From: Escherichia phage vB_EcoM-G3F7
DNA: 64,000 nt
Sequence record: MZ234035.1
Direction: 5' to 3' (one strand)
Position 1 is the stretch's first letter. Each line of letters opens with the position of its first letter. Below the pieces are notes generated by a model. That model saw nothing but the letters and a program-made list of their open reading frames with translations. It had not been told where the DNA came from and did no database searches. The position numbers and the translations under genes were made by a program. Of the stretch, positions 48,792 through 60,149 are shown in pieces.

Positions 48792-49961
48792 ATGAGCACA
48801 GTTTTTAATACAAATCCAGTTGATGTTTTAAAAGAACCTATGTTCTTCGGTTCAGGTCTTGGTATTGCGCGTTATGATATTCAACGCCATAAAGTTTTTG
48901 AAGATTTGACTGAAAAGCAATTATCATTTTTCTGGCGTCCTGAAGAAGTAAACTTGATGATGGATGCTGCACAATTTAATAAACTTCCTCAGTATCAACA
49001 GAATATTTTTACTAATAACCTGAAGTATCAATCACTTTTGGATAGCATTCAGGGTCGCGCGCCATCTGCTGTACTTATGTCATTAATTTCAGACCCAAGC
49101 CTTGATACATGGGTTGCTACGTGGACTTTTAGTGAAACTATTCACAGCCGTTCATATACACATATCATGCGAAATCTTTATACTGATCCATCGAAGGTGT
49201 TTGATGAGATTGTATTAGATGAAGCTATTATGAAACGTGCTGAGTCCATTGGGCGATATTACGATGATGTCTTGGTTAAAACCCGTGAATGGGAAAACGC
49301 TAAAGAAGAATACGAAGGAATTTTGTCTGAAGGTTGGCGCAAAGATGAACTTGGTAAAGTCGTTGAATACGCCAAACGAGAGCTAATGAAATCTCTTTAC
49401 CTCTGTTTGCACGTTATTAATGCCTTAGAAGCTATTCGTTTTTATGTATCTTTCGCATGTACCTTTAACTTCCACAAGAATATGGAAATCATGGAAGGTA
49501 ATGCCAAGATTATGAAGTTCATTGCACGTGATGAACAGCTTCACCTTAAAGGCACCCAATATATTATTCGTCAGCTTCAATCCGGTACTGATGGTGATGA
49601 ATGGGTTAAAATTGCTCAAGAGTGTGAACAAGAAGCAGTTGATATTTTCATGGAAGTTAACCGCCAAGAAAAAGATTGGGCAGTTCATTTATTTAAAGAT
49701 GGCGATGTTCCTGGATTAAATACAAATAGCATGTGGAGCTTTATTGATTACTTAACTGTATCTCGTATGAAACAGTGCGGTCTTCCATGCCCAATTACCG
49801 ATGCTCCGGTTAAACATCCATATCCTTGGATTCGTGAATATCTTAATTCTGATAATGTTCAATCCGCGCCACAAGAAGTAGAACTGTCATCTTACCTTGT
49901 TGCACAGATTGATAATGATGTTGATGATAAAGTTATGATGAGTTTTAAAAAATACTTTTAA
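48792..49961 (+). CDS. nrdB: Ribonucleotide reductase small subunit NrdB, uninterrupted (no intron)
   Basis: 389 aa continuous ORF; T4 NrdB-like. Confidence 0.93.
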   Translation: MSTVFNTNPVDVLKEPMFFGSGLGIARYDIQRHKVFEDLTEKQLSFFWRPEEVNLMMDAAQFNKLPQYQQNIFTNNLKYQSLLDSIQGRAPSAVLMSLISDPSLDTWVATWTFSETIHSRSYTHIMRNLYTDPSKVFDEIVLDEAIMKRAESIGRYYDDVLVKTREWENAKEEYEGILSEGWRKDELGKVVEYAKRELMKSLYLCLHVINALEAIRFYVSFACTFNFHKNMEIMEGNAKIMKFIARDEQLHLKGTQYIIRQLQSGTDGDEWVKIAQECEQEAVDIFMEVNRQEKDWAVHLFKDGDVPGLNTNSMWSFIDYLTVSRMKQCGLPCPITDAPVKHPYPWIREYLNSDNVQSAPQEVELSSYLVAQIDNDVDDKVMMSFKKYF

Positions 49962-49966
49962 GGAGT

Positions 49967-49985
49967 GGGCCGCAAGGCCCATTTT
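49967..49985 (+). terminator. Rho-independent terminator after nrdB
   Basis: GGGCC-GCAA-GGCCC followed by ATTTT. Confidence 0.5.
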
Positions 49986-49988
49986 ATT

Positions 49989-51576
<1,588 letters not shown>

Positions 51577-51579
51577 GCT

Positions 51580-51611
51580 GTTTACAAGTCCCTCGTGTTG
51601 TGTTATAGTAG
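51580..51611 (+). promoter_or_regulatory. T4-type early promoter upstream of alc
   Basis: GTTTAC 51580-51585, spacer, TGTTATAGT -10. Confidence 0.45.
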
Positions 51612-51640
51612 TCTTACTGACATAACATGAGGACTTTATG

Positions 51641-52144
51641 ATGGATTTACAACTTATTACTACTGAAATGGTCGTTGAAGCATACGGTGATACTACAGAT
51701 GGGATTTCTGTATTCAAAGGAAATCGTCGAGTTGGATATATCACCGATCTTAAGAAAGATTTAGCTAAGCAAGTCAAGCGGAAAACGACCATTAAAGAAT
51801 ATCGAAATCGTCGTCTTGAGCAAGCCCGTGATATGCTTCCTGATGCGGTTGAGGAGATGAAAGTCTTTTTAGAAAATCAGCTTGCGAAATATGATTGTGA
51901 TGTGTTCATTAATCAGACTCAACCTAATGTTCATATTAACAACTGTAAATGCTATATCATCGTTAATCCTTTAACGGGAAAACACCGCCTTGGGATTAGT
52001 AATCCAAATCGTAGTGCATCAGATATGGCAGAAGATGTTGCGGCATGCTTTAAAATTTCTAAATCTCCGGCGGAACATCATATTTTAATTAACGGTCTTT
52101 CTCAAGACGATATTATAGAGGTTATTAAAACTTTATGCAATTAA
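51641..52144 (+). CDS. alc: Alc, inhibitor of host transcription elongation
   Basis: Track ORF 51638..52144 starts ATGATG; second ATG gives 167 aa, the size I recall for T4 Alc; synteny. Confidence 0.75.
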   Translation: MDLQLITTEMVVEAYGDTTDGISVFKGNRRVGYITDLKKDLAKQVKRKTTIKEYRNRRLEQARDMLPDAVEEMKVFLENQLAKYDCDVFINQTQPNVHINNCKCYIIVNPLTGKHRLGISNPNRSASDMAEDVAACFKISKSPAEHHILINGLSQDDIIEVIKTLCN

Positions 52145-52488
52145 GTAATACGACAACAGGTTTGCTATTAATTGTAATTGCATTGGGCGGAACTTCTTTA
52201 ATTTTAAAAAATAAAATTGAAAGATTAGAAACGTCTGTTGTAGAAATTACAAAAACGGCCAATGAAAACGCTTTAGCATTAAACAATTTGCGAATTCAGT
52301 ATAATTATATTGATGCGATGAATAATAAAAATCGTGAGGCAATTGCTGCTATTGAGCGTGAAAATGAAAAACTGCGCAAAGACGCAAAGAAGGCGGATGT
52401 GGTGGCTCATAAGCCAGGATTGGTTGAAAAACAAATCAACAACTCCTTCAACAAGTTCGCAGAAGACATCCAGGACCTTTCTAAATGA
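52135..52488 (+). CDS. Inner-membrane spanin (Rz-like; T4 pseT.3 equivalent)
   Basis: 117 aa with N-terminal TMD then coiled coil; paired with downstream lipoprotein. Confidence 0.6.
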   Translation: MQLSNTTTGLLLIVIALGGTSLILKNKIERLETSVVEITKTANENALALNNLRIQYNYIDAMNNKNREAIAAIERENEKLRKDAKKADVVAHKPGLVEKQINNSFNKFAEDIQDLSK

Positions 52489-52784
52489 TTAAACTATCAG
52501 CAGTAATATTATCTATTGGTCTTCTAGTTGGTTGTTCGACAAAGCCTCTAGAAGTAAAGAAAGAAACAGTTCATCCTAATTGGCCTGTACAAATAAAGTC
52601 ATATGATGAAGCTAAACTATCTTGGCAAGTTAAAGTTATTGATGGTAAAGCTTGGGTCGGTATGCCATTTGAAGATTCCCAGGAATTTCGTATTTGGCTT
52701 AATGATGTAAAACGATATGTACATGACCAAAAAACTATGATATGTTATTATCGTCAAGAGCTAAAAGAGGATAAATGCAAATGA
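52485..52784 (+). CDS. Outer-membrane lipoprotein spanin (Rz1-like; T4 pseT.2 equivalent)
   Basis: 99 aa, signal peptide with lipobox LLVGCS; ATGA overlap with i-spanin. Confidence 0.6.
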   Translation: MIKLSAVILSIGLLVGCSTKPLEVKKETVHPNWPVQIKSYDEAKLSWQVKVIDGKAWVGMPFEDSQEFRIWLNDVKRYVHDQKTMICYYRQELKEDKCK

Positions 52785-53005
52785 TTTCATGGCATCAATT
52801 TGAACATCTCAAAGGATTGATTTATGAATCCGAGATGGCTGCAATGATTTATGGACGCCAGATTCAACGGTTAGAATCTTTACCTCCAACTAATGATGTT
52901 TTATTAGCTCAATCTCGGGCTAATCTTAAAAATGAATACCAAAATAAGTGGGGTAAAGCATCTAAAGACCTGCATGATTATATTCAATCATTGGTTGAGA
53001 AATAA
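52781..53005 (+). CDS. Hypothetical protein (74 aa)
   Basis: Track ORF 52775..53005; ATG 52781 overlaps upstream stop (ATGA). Confidence 0.45.
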   Translation: MISWHQFEHLKGLIYESEMAAMIYGRQIQRLESLPPTNDVLLAQSRANLKNEYQNKWGKASKDLHDYIQSLVEK

Positions 53006-53008
53006 TAA

Positions 53009-54233
<1,225 letters not shown>

Positions 54234-54234
<1 letters not shown>

Positions 54235-54431
54235 TGGCGTGGCATCATGAAACTTGGTCTATTGTTATTGTAAATAGTGGTTTAGTTGGTACTAGTAATG
54301 GGCAATTTTGTGTATTCACTAGTGAAATCAGAGCTTGGGAGGAATGCCTTAAATTAAGAGAAAAGAATCCTGATATTGAACTAACAGTAAAGAAAACTAA
54401 ACTGCCTTTACCATGGAAAACTTATGAATAA
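54234..54431 (+). CDS. Hypothetical protein (65 aa)
   Basis: Track ORF, TAATG overlap. Confidence 0.45.
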
Positions 54432-54624
54432 TATAGAAAAGATTTATCGTCTTTGTGATAAAATTGAAAAAGAAAAGAAATATCTATTTTGTTTATGGCC
54501 TATTGTTGACGGAAGAGTAGGCCTAGATGTTCTTGATTATGAAACAGAAGACAAAGTAGATGGTTCAACTTTTGATAACGCTTTGGATGTTATTGATTGG
54601 CTCGAAGAAAATTATGTGAGGTAA
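54424..54624 (+). CDS. Hypothetical acidic protein (66 aa)
   Basis: Track ORF, ATGA overlap. Confidence 0.45.
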   Translation: MNNIEKIYRLCDKIEKEKKYLFCLWPIVDGRVGLDVLDYETEDKVDGSTFDNALDVIDWLEENYVR

Positions 54625-54626
54625 AT

Positions 54627-54902
54627 ATGTTTCCGACTTACTCTAAAATCGTAGAAGTAGTGTTTAGCCAAATTATCGCTAATAACATGTTTGAAAAGCT
54701 TGATAATGCAGCTGAACTTCGAATCCACGCTCAAGTGACTCATGTATTGAATACTTTGCTTCCAGATCAGGTGGATTCTGTTGCCATCACGTTGTATCCA
54801 GGTTCAGCGCATATCATTGTTGTATTCGGTCTTGATGCTGAGCTAGTCATCAAAGGCGATATTCGCTTTGAATCACAGACATCAGAATTCAAAGCAATTT
54901 AA
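54627..54902 (+). CDS. Hypothetical protein (91 aa)
   Basis: Track ORF 54597..54902 starts TTG; ATG 54627 follows GAGG. Confidence 0.45.
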   Translation: MFPTYSKIVEVVFSQIIANNMFEKLDNAAELRIHAQVTHVLNTLLPDQVDSVAITLYPGSAHIIVVFGLDAELVIKGDIRFESQTSEFKAI

Positions 54903-54904
54903 TA

Positions 54905-54934
54905 GTTTACTTTACGGTAGAGTTGTGATATTAT
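54905..54934 (+). promoter_or_regulatory. T4-type early promoter with -10 inside an inverted repeat
   Basis: GTTTAC 54905-54910, 18-nt spacer, TATTAT 54929-54934. Confidence 0.45.
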
Positions 54935-54943
54935 AGCTCTACC
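54916..54943. repeat. 7-bp inverted repeat bracketing the -10 element
   Basis: GGTAGAG (54916-54922) and CTCTACC (54937-54943). Confidence 0.45.
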
Positions 54944-54964
54944 AAAACAAATGAGGAAATTGAA

Positions 54965-55492
54965 ATGAGCGAATGGTTTGAAGAAGATAAGGTTTATCGC
55001 TTTAAAGCTGGATATAAAGATATTTTTAATGAAACTTGCGGGGCTAATAAACGAATTGCCCAGTTTATTGGGGAAAATTCATTTAAAGTAAAAATAGATC
55101 CTGCGAAAAATGTTATTAGCATTAAACGCGAAATTGATGATTGTTGGTATAAAGCTGTTGATGTAATGGGCGAATCTTATAAAGTTAGCCCGTTATTTTC
55201 AATTGCTTATATGTTAGAATATTCTTTTTTCGAAGAAGTTCAAAAAGATGATTCTGTCAGTAAATTTGAAATTAAAACTGATAAAGAAATTAAGTGGAAA
55301 GTAGTAGGTATTACTGGTTGTATGTTTTATATCTATGCTCAAACTGATACGAAGGAAGAAGCTAAAAAGAAAGCTCTAGAATATCTTGAAGAGTATGAAG
55401 AAGGCCCGGTAATGATTACTCAAGATGCTGAATTAGTTTCTGTCAAATTAGTTAAAAACGTTGAAAGTAAGGAGCTGGGATCAACATGCTAA
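54965..55492 (+). CDS. Hypothetical protein (175 aa)
   Basis: Track ORF, ATG after GAGGAAA. Confidence 0.5.
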   Translation: MSEWFEEDKVYRFKAGYKDIFNETCGANKRIAQFIGENSFKVKIDPAKNVISIKREIDDCWYKAVDVMGESYKVSPLFSIAYMLEYSFFEEVQKDDSVSKFEIKTDKEIKWKVVGITGCMFYIYAQTDTKEEAKKKALEYLEEYEEGPVMITQDAELVSVKLVKNVESKELGSTC

Positions 55493-55722
55493 GTGAAAAA
55501 CCAATTACTGTTAAAGAATTCCAAGAAAAAGTTAAACTATTTGCGCAGGAATTGGTAAATAAGGTTTCTGAACGATTTCCTGAAACATCGGTTCGTGTTA
55601 TTACCGAAACTCCTCGTTCAGTATTAGTAATTGTGAATCCAGGTGATGGCGATCAAATATCGCATCTTAAACTGGATTTTGATGGATTAGTTGAAGCACA
55701 AAGGGTGTATGGCGTACTATGA
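55486..55722 (+). CDS. Hypothetical protein (78 aa)
   Basis: Track ORF. Confidence 0.45.
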   Translation: MLSEKPITVKEFQEKVKLFAQELVNKVSERFPETSVRVITETPRSVLVIVNPGDGDQISHLKLDFDGLVEAQRVYGVL

Positions 55723-56057
55723 TGAATTTAACTGATATAATTGATAATTGTCTTGAAAATGATACTGGTGATCATAGAGCGCTTGACTCTGAAACAGCAA
55801 AGTTCATTAGAATAACTTTAATGAATGATACTCTGGTGAATAGTATTCATCCTTCTGTGTATGATGCTATTATTGTGACGAAGTATCCAGTTGAGCTTCA
55901 CAAAAAGATGACTGGTGCAGTTTTTATTGATAAGAAAAACCGCTTTAAAGATGGGCAGAATATAATTAGTTCTGTTATTAAAAGTATAACTAAACTTCGT
56001 CACGAAATTTATCGTGTTGAAACTGCTAAATCTGCTTATCTGGTGATTATGAAATGA
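55719..56057 (+). CDS. Hypothetical protein (112 aa)
   Basis: Track ORF, ATGATGA overlap. Confidence 0.45.
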   Translation: MMNLTDIIDNCLENDTGDHRALDSETAKFIRITLMNDTLVNSIHPSVYDAIIVTKYPVELHKKMTGAVFIDKKNRFKDGQNIISSVIKSITKLRHEIYRVETAKSAYLVIMK

Positions 56058-56635
56058 AAGCGAGTACAGTACTTCAAATTGCATATTTAGTATCGCAGGA
56101 ATCAAAATGTTGCTCCTGGAAGGTAGGAGCAGTAATTGAAAAGAATGGACGTATTATTTCTACTGGGTATAATGGTTCACCCGCAGGGGGTGTGAACTGT
56201 TGTGATTATGCTGCTGAGCAAGGTTGGTTGTTGAATAAGCCTAAACATACTATCATTCAAGGTCATAAGCCTGAATGCGTATCATTTGGTTCAACTGATC
56301 GTTTTGTTTTGGCGAAAGAACATCGTAGTGCTCACTCGGAATGGTCATCTAAAAATGAAATTCATGCTGAACTAAATGCAATTTTGTTTGCTGCACGAAA
56401 TGGTTCTTCTATTGAAGGTGCTACTATGTATGTAACACTTTCTCCTTGCCCAGATTGCGCAAAAGCGATAGCTCAATCTGGTATTAAAAAGCTGGTTTAT
56501 TGTGAAACATACGACAAAAATAAACCTGGTTGGGATGATATTCTGCGAAATGCAGGTATTGAAGTGTTTAATGTTCCTAAGAAAAACTTGAATAAGTTAA
56601 ACTGGGAAAATATCAACGAATTCTGCGGTGAATAA
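56054..56635 (+). CDS. cd: dCMP deaminase Cd
   Basis: 193 aa with zinc-binding HAE and PCxxC motifs; matches T4 Cd as recalled. Confidence 0.9.
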   Translation: MKASTVLQIAYLVSQESKCCSWKVGAVIEKNGRIISTGYNGSPAGGVNCCDYAAEQGWLLNKPKHTIIQGHKPECVSFGSTDRFVLAKEHRSAHSEWSSKNEIHAELNAILFAARNGSSIEGATMYVTLSPCPDCAKAIAQSGIKKLVYCETYDKNKPGWDDILRNAGIEVFNVPKKNLNKLNWENINEFCGE

Positions 56636-56871
56636 TGAAATTTCGTTTGGTAAAGCTCACAGCAATTAGTTCTTATTCTAACGAGAACATCTCATTTGCT
56701 GTAGAGTATAAGAAATATTTTTTCTCTAAATGGAAACAGTATTATAAGACAAATTGGGTTTGTATTGATAAACCATATAGTTGGAAATCTGATTTAGAAA
56801 AATGCCAAAAATTACTTTCCACCCTTAAAGAACGTGGAACAACTCATATTAAAACTGTGATAGGTAAATAA
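56635..56871 (+). CDS. Hypothetical protein (78 aa)
   Basis: Track ORF, TAATG overlap. Confidence 0.45.
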   Translation: MKFRLVKLTAISSYSNENISFAVEYKKYFFSKWKQYYKTNWVCIDKPYSWKSDLEKCQKLLSTLKERGTTHIKTVIGK

Positions 56872-57180
56872 ATGAAACTAACAACTGAGCAGAAAGTAGC
56901 AATTCGTGAAATTTTGAAAACTAAATTGTCCATGGGTGTTTCAAACGTAGTTTTTGAAAAGTCTGATGGTACTATTCGTACTATGAAAGGTACTCGTGAT
57001 GCAGACTTTATGCCAACCATGCAAACCGGTAAATTGACTGAATCTACTCGGAAAGAATCTACGGATATGATTCCAGTATTTGATGTTGAGCTCGGTGCAT
57101 GGCGAGGTTTTTCTATTGACAAATTGATTTCTGTTAATGGTATGAAAGTTGAGCATTTGCTTCAATTTATTGGTAAATAA
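56872..57180 (+). CDS. Hypothetical protein (102 aa)
   Basis: Track ORF, ATG start. Confidence 0.45.
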   Translation: MKLTTEQKVAIREILKTKLSMGVSNVVFEKSDGTIRTMKGTRDADFMPTMQTGKLTESTRKESTDMIPVFDVELGAWRGFSIDKLISVNGMKVEHLLQFIGK

Positions 57181-57236
57181 ATGCTTTAAGAATTATTTGT
57201 TATTATTAACTCATCTGTTAACAAAAAGGAAAAACG

Positions 57237-57572
57237 ATGTCTGAAGTACAACAGCTACCAATTCGTGCTGTCGGTGAATATGTTATTTTAGTTTCTGAAC
57301 CTGCACAAGCCGGTGATGAAGAAGTTACAGAATCAGGACTTATTATCGGTAAACGTGTTCAAGGTGAAGTTCCTGAACTGTGTGTAATTCACTCTGTCGG
57401 TCCTGATGTTCCTGAAGGTTTCTGCGAAGTTGGTGATTTGACTTCTCTCCCAGTTGGTCAAATTCGAAATGTTCCGCATCCTTTTGTAGCTCTGGGTCTT
57501 AAGCAGCCAAAAGAAATTAAACAAAAATTTGTTACCTGTCACTATAAAGCTATTCCGTGTCTTTATAAGTGA
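57237..57572 (+). CDS. 31: Co-chaperonin gp31 (GroES-like)
   Basis: 111 aa [49 protein letters not shown]...; matches T4 gp31 as recalled. Confidence 0.9.
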   Translation: MSEVQQLPIRAVGEYVILVSEPAQAGDEEVTESGLIIGKRVQGEVPELCVIHSVGPDVPEGFCEVGDLTSLPVGQIRNVPHPFVALGLKQPKEIKQKFVTCHYKAIPCLYK

Positions 57573-57580
57573 TATAAATA
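57573..57580 (+). promoter_or_regulatory. T4 late promoter TATAAATA upstream of rIII
   Basis: Exact TATAAATA directly after the gene 31 stop, ~140 nt before rIII ATG. Confidence 0.45.
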
Positions 57581-57719
57581 ATAATATGAATTGGGTGTCG
57601 GAATAATAAGTTAACCGAACAATTCTATGTGGTAGTCTACAACTGAGAGATCTGTCGAAAGAAGATGAAATTCAGAAGAACGTGACTACCGAGTTTTAAT
57701 CTCTAACGAGAATTTTTAA

Positions 57720-57968
57720 ATGATTAAACAATTACAACACGCTCTTGAACTGCAACGAAACGCATGGAATAATGGTCACGAAAACTATGGCGCATCTATT
57801 GATGTTGAAGCCGAAGCTCTTGAAATCCTGCGTTATTTCAAACATCTGAATCCTGCTCAAACTGCATTAGCTGCTGAGCTTCAGGAAAAAGATGAACTTA
57901 AATATGCTAAGCCTTTGGCTTCTGCTGCACGAAAAGCAGTTCGTCACTTTGTGGTAACACTGAAGTAA
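57720..57968 (+). CDS. rIII: rIII lysis-inhibition accessory protein
   Basis: 82 aa MIKQLQHALELQRNAWNNGHENYGASIDVEAEALEILRYFKHLNPAQTAL...; matches T4 rIII as recalled. Confidence 0.85.
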   Translation: MIKQLQHALELQRNAWNNGHENYGASIDVEAEALEILRYFKHLNPAQTALAAELQEKDELKYAKPLASAARKAVRHFVVTLK

Positions 57969-58368
57969 TTTACTGGAGATTCACTGCCTTAGTGTGAGCT
58001 AAAATCGAGGAGCCGTCGAACTGTCTGATTAATGATTTGCGAATCATTATAGTTTTAAGACCCCGGCAGTTTTACGGTGTACCTCTTGAATGTTATTCTT
58101 ATAGCGGCAAGTGCATGCTACCCCGAGGTGATGGCCAATCGGGAGTACGCCTCAAGGCCTATATATATCCATCAGTATATATCTTATCCTCGAGAAATCG
58201 AACCCGGAACCTTTAAGCTAACGGTGTGCAACAGATAAGAGCTATAAGGTATGATGACGGGTTTATGGTTATCCTGGTCGTTAAATATCCAAAAACCTAT
58301 GTTCCCCTTGAGGGCTTGCGCAGGCAATGCCAATAAGTCCTGCATTTTCATTTAAAAGAGAATTTATA
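57969..58368. other. ORF-free, G+C-enriched intergenic island; candidate structured RNA or decayed element
   Basis: No ORF of 60 aa or more on either strand; hand count ~45% G+C over 58051-58330 against AT-rich flanks; stable hairpin TAATGATT-TGCG-AATCATTA at 58030-58049. Confidence 0.4.
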
Positions 58369-58545
58369 ATGGCAAAACAAGCTAAAGCAAAGAAAGCAGT
58401 TGAAAAGAAAGTTGGTGATTCTAAACGCGCTGGCTACAAGCGTGGGTCGAACTCTCGTATCAATCAAACTGTTGAGAAGATCATGCGCCGAGCACGTGCG
58501 GTTCTTCGAGATGATGCTTCTCGTTTTGGTAAGCAGAAAGCATAA
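58369..58545 (+). CDS. Small highly basic protein (58 aa)
   Basis: Track ORF 58327..58545 extends into the island; internal ATG 58369 gives MAKQAKAKKAVEKKVGDSKRAGYKRGSNSRINQTVEKIMRRARAVLRDDASRFGKQKA. Confidence 0.45.
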   Translation: MAKQAKAKKAVEKKVGDSKRAGYKRGSNSRINQTVEKIMRRARAVLRDDASRFGKQKA

Positions 58546-58549
58546 GTTG

Positions 58550-58574
58550 AGGACTCCTTCGGGAGTCCTTTTTT
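58550..58574 (+). terminator. Rho-independent terminator (second copy of the soc terminator hairpin)
   Basis: AGGACTCC-TTCG-GGAGTCCT followed by TTTTT. Confidence 0.6.
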
Positions 58575-58598
58575 ATTTTCCAAAGATTGCATAAAGTT

Positions 58599-58631
58599 GT
58601 TTACAGTATGGTTCCTTTGTGATAGTATTAT
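58599..58631 (+). promoter_or_regulatory. T4-type early promoter
   Basis: GTTTAC 58599-58604, spacer, TGATAGTATTAT -10 region. Confidence 0.45.
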
Positions 58632-58655
58632 CTTACACAAACAAAGGAGAATAAA

Positions 58656-58988
58656 ATGAAAACGATTAATCTGAACGCTACAGTTAAAACTAAATGCTTC
58701 AATGGTAAATATGATGAAACTATGTGGTTCTTAATGGCAGTTGAAGGTGATATCATTGAAGTAGAAACAACAGAAGGTATGGGAACAGATTTCACCTTTA
58801 CAATTCAAGTTCATAATTTCTTTACTGGTTGGATTTATGAATTGAATACAGTAATCGTTGGAAAAATTGAACAAAATGAATTAGGTGAATGGTATTATGT
58901 TACAGCTCGCCAACGTGCCGAACGCTTAATTGAGAAGATGAAAAAAGTTGGTAAACTTGACATGCAGCATTGGAAAGTAGTAAAATAA
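58656..58988 (+). CDS. Hypothetical protein (110 aa)
   Basis: Track ORF, ATG after AAGGAGA. Confidence 0.5.
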   Translation: MKTINLNATVKTKCFNGKYDETMWFLMAVEGDIIEVETTEGMGTDFTFTIQVHNFFTGWIYELNTVIVGKIEQNELGEWYYVTARQRAERLIEKMKKVGKLDMQHWKVVK

Positions 58989-58990
58989 TT

Positions 58991-59019
58991 GTTTACTTTG
59001 GTACAGGATATGATATTAT
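58991..59019 (+). promoter_or_regulatory. T4-type early promoter with -10 inside an inverted repeat
   Basis: GTTTAC 58991-58996, 17-nt spacer, TATTAT 59014-59019. Confidence 0.45.
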
Positions 59020-59030
59020 ATACCTGTACC
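59000..59030. repeat. 8-bp inverted repeat bracketing the -10 element
   Basis: GGTACAGG (59000-59007) and CCTGTACC (59023-59030). Confidence 0.45.
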
Positions 59031-59055
59031 GCAATTAAACATCTTGGAGAATAAA

Positions 59056-59421
59056 ATGAACTACATCAACTTTGAACGTAAATATGTTTCTAATGGTATT
59101 GCAGGTTCTATTGATACTATTTGCCTTTGGAAACATCAAAATGGATCAGTATGCGAAATTGAGCAGTATATGACTCCTAATTACGTTTATATGCGATTTG
59201 AAAACGGTATCACGGTTTCAATCACGATGGAAGGTTCCAACTTTAAAATCGCTCTGGATGATGATTTCCGTGAACGCGATTTAGGGACTCATCCTTGCTG
59301 GAATGGCGTTAATCGCAAGCTTTTGGTTAAAACTTGGATTCGTCATATTCTGAGTAACAGAGCTAAACCTGAGCATCTTGAAGCAATCTTTGATGTAGTT
59401 CTTAACGAATTTGATATTTAA
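59056..59421 (+). CDS. Hypothetical protein (121 aa)
   Basis: Track ORF 59044..59421 starts TTG; ATG 59056 follows GGAGA. Confidence 0.5.
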   Translation: MNYINFERKYVSNGIAGSIDTICLWKHQNGSVCEIEQYMTPNYVYMRFENGITVSITMEGSNFKIALDDDFRERDLGTHPCWNGVNRKLLVKTWIRHILSNRAKPEHLEAIFDVVLNEFDI

Positions 59422-59461
59422 AATAAATGAGGGGCTTTGGCCCCTTACTGAGGAAAATGTT

Positions 59462-59749
59462 ATGTTTATGACTACTTATTTTGATACCCGTAAAAACTTC
59501 TGCGAAGTAGTTTTCTCAAAGGCGCCTAAAGACCTTCCTGCACATTTGCAACCTACCAGTGAATCGATTAAAAACTACGTTAATGTAGTCTGCCCTTTAG
59601 AGTTCCGTACTGTAAATGGGCGCGATACTTTAGCTATCACTAAACTCAATCGCGAAATTGACATTGACCCTTCAATTGCGCGTGAAATTAACATTTCTGA
59701 TATTGGCGGCGGTAATGTTAAATCGCACGGTTTTCAGATGAGGTTTTAA
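59462..59749 (+). CDS. Hypothetical protein (95 aa)
   Basis: Track ORF 59411..59749; ATG 59462 follows GAGGAAAA and a GGGGC-TTTG-GCCCC hairpin. Confidence 0.45.
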   Translation: MFMTTYFDTRKNFCEVVFSKAPKDLPAHLQPTSESIKNYVNVVCPLEFRTVNGRDTLAITKLNREIDIDPSIAREINISDIGGGNVKSHGFQMRF

Positions 59750-59946
59750 TGAAATTCTTTTTAGGTCAAACCGTTGAATTAAAGGGAGTTGGTATACCTG
59801 GATTAATTTCTAAGGTTTTACCTCCATTTAAATGGAGTGGTATTCAAATAAAAGAGGCTTATATTGTTTCCTGGGTAGATGGAAATGAAGACCTTCGTAT
59901 GGGTGATGAATTATCTCCTATCTACGGATTAAAGGAAATAGTATGA
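59749..59946 (+). CDS. Hypothetical protein (65 aa)
   Basis: Track ORF, TAATG overlap. Confidence 0.45.
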   Translation: MKFFLGQTVELKGVGIPGLISKVLPPFKWSGIQIKEAYIVSWVDGNEDLRMGDELSPIYGLKEIV

Positions 59947-60149
59947 ATATAATTAATAAGATTTTTGGAATTCAGTACATTAAGGTCACATATAAAGTAA
60001 CAGATAAAAATCCGTATACTGATGAACATGAAGAACCGCAAGTTGAGTCTATTATATTAGAAAAGGACCCTAACTGGCCAGTTGAATTTCGTCTTCCTTG
60101 CTATGGTCATTGGGCTGATGTTGAAATTATAAGCATTGAAAATGTCTGA
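59943..60149 (+). CDS. Hypothetical protein (68 aa)
   Basis: Track ORF, ATGA overlap. Confidence 0.45.
   Translation: MNIINKIFGIQYIKVTYKVTDKNPYTDEHEEPQVESIILEKDPNWPVEFRLPCYGHWADVEIISIENV

Noticed and set aside
45085-49961. Group I introns or intron-encoded endonucleases in td and nrdB
   Set aside because: Both genes are single continuous ORFs of the expected spliced length, so no intron is present.
58180-58212. Possible tRNA T-arm (GGTTCGATT on the minus strand) in the G+C-rich island
   Set aside because: Could not build a cloverleaf: the flanking T-stem would need mismatched and wobble pairs, and no D-arm or acceptor stem was found. Left as an unresolved structured region rather than called a tRNA.
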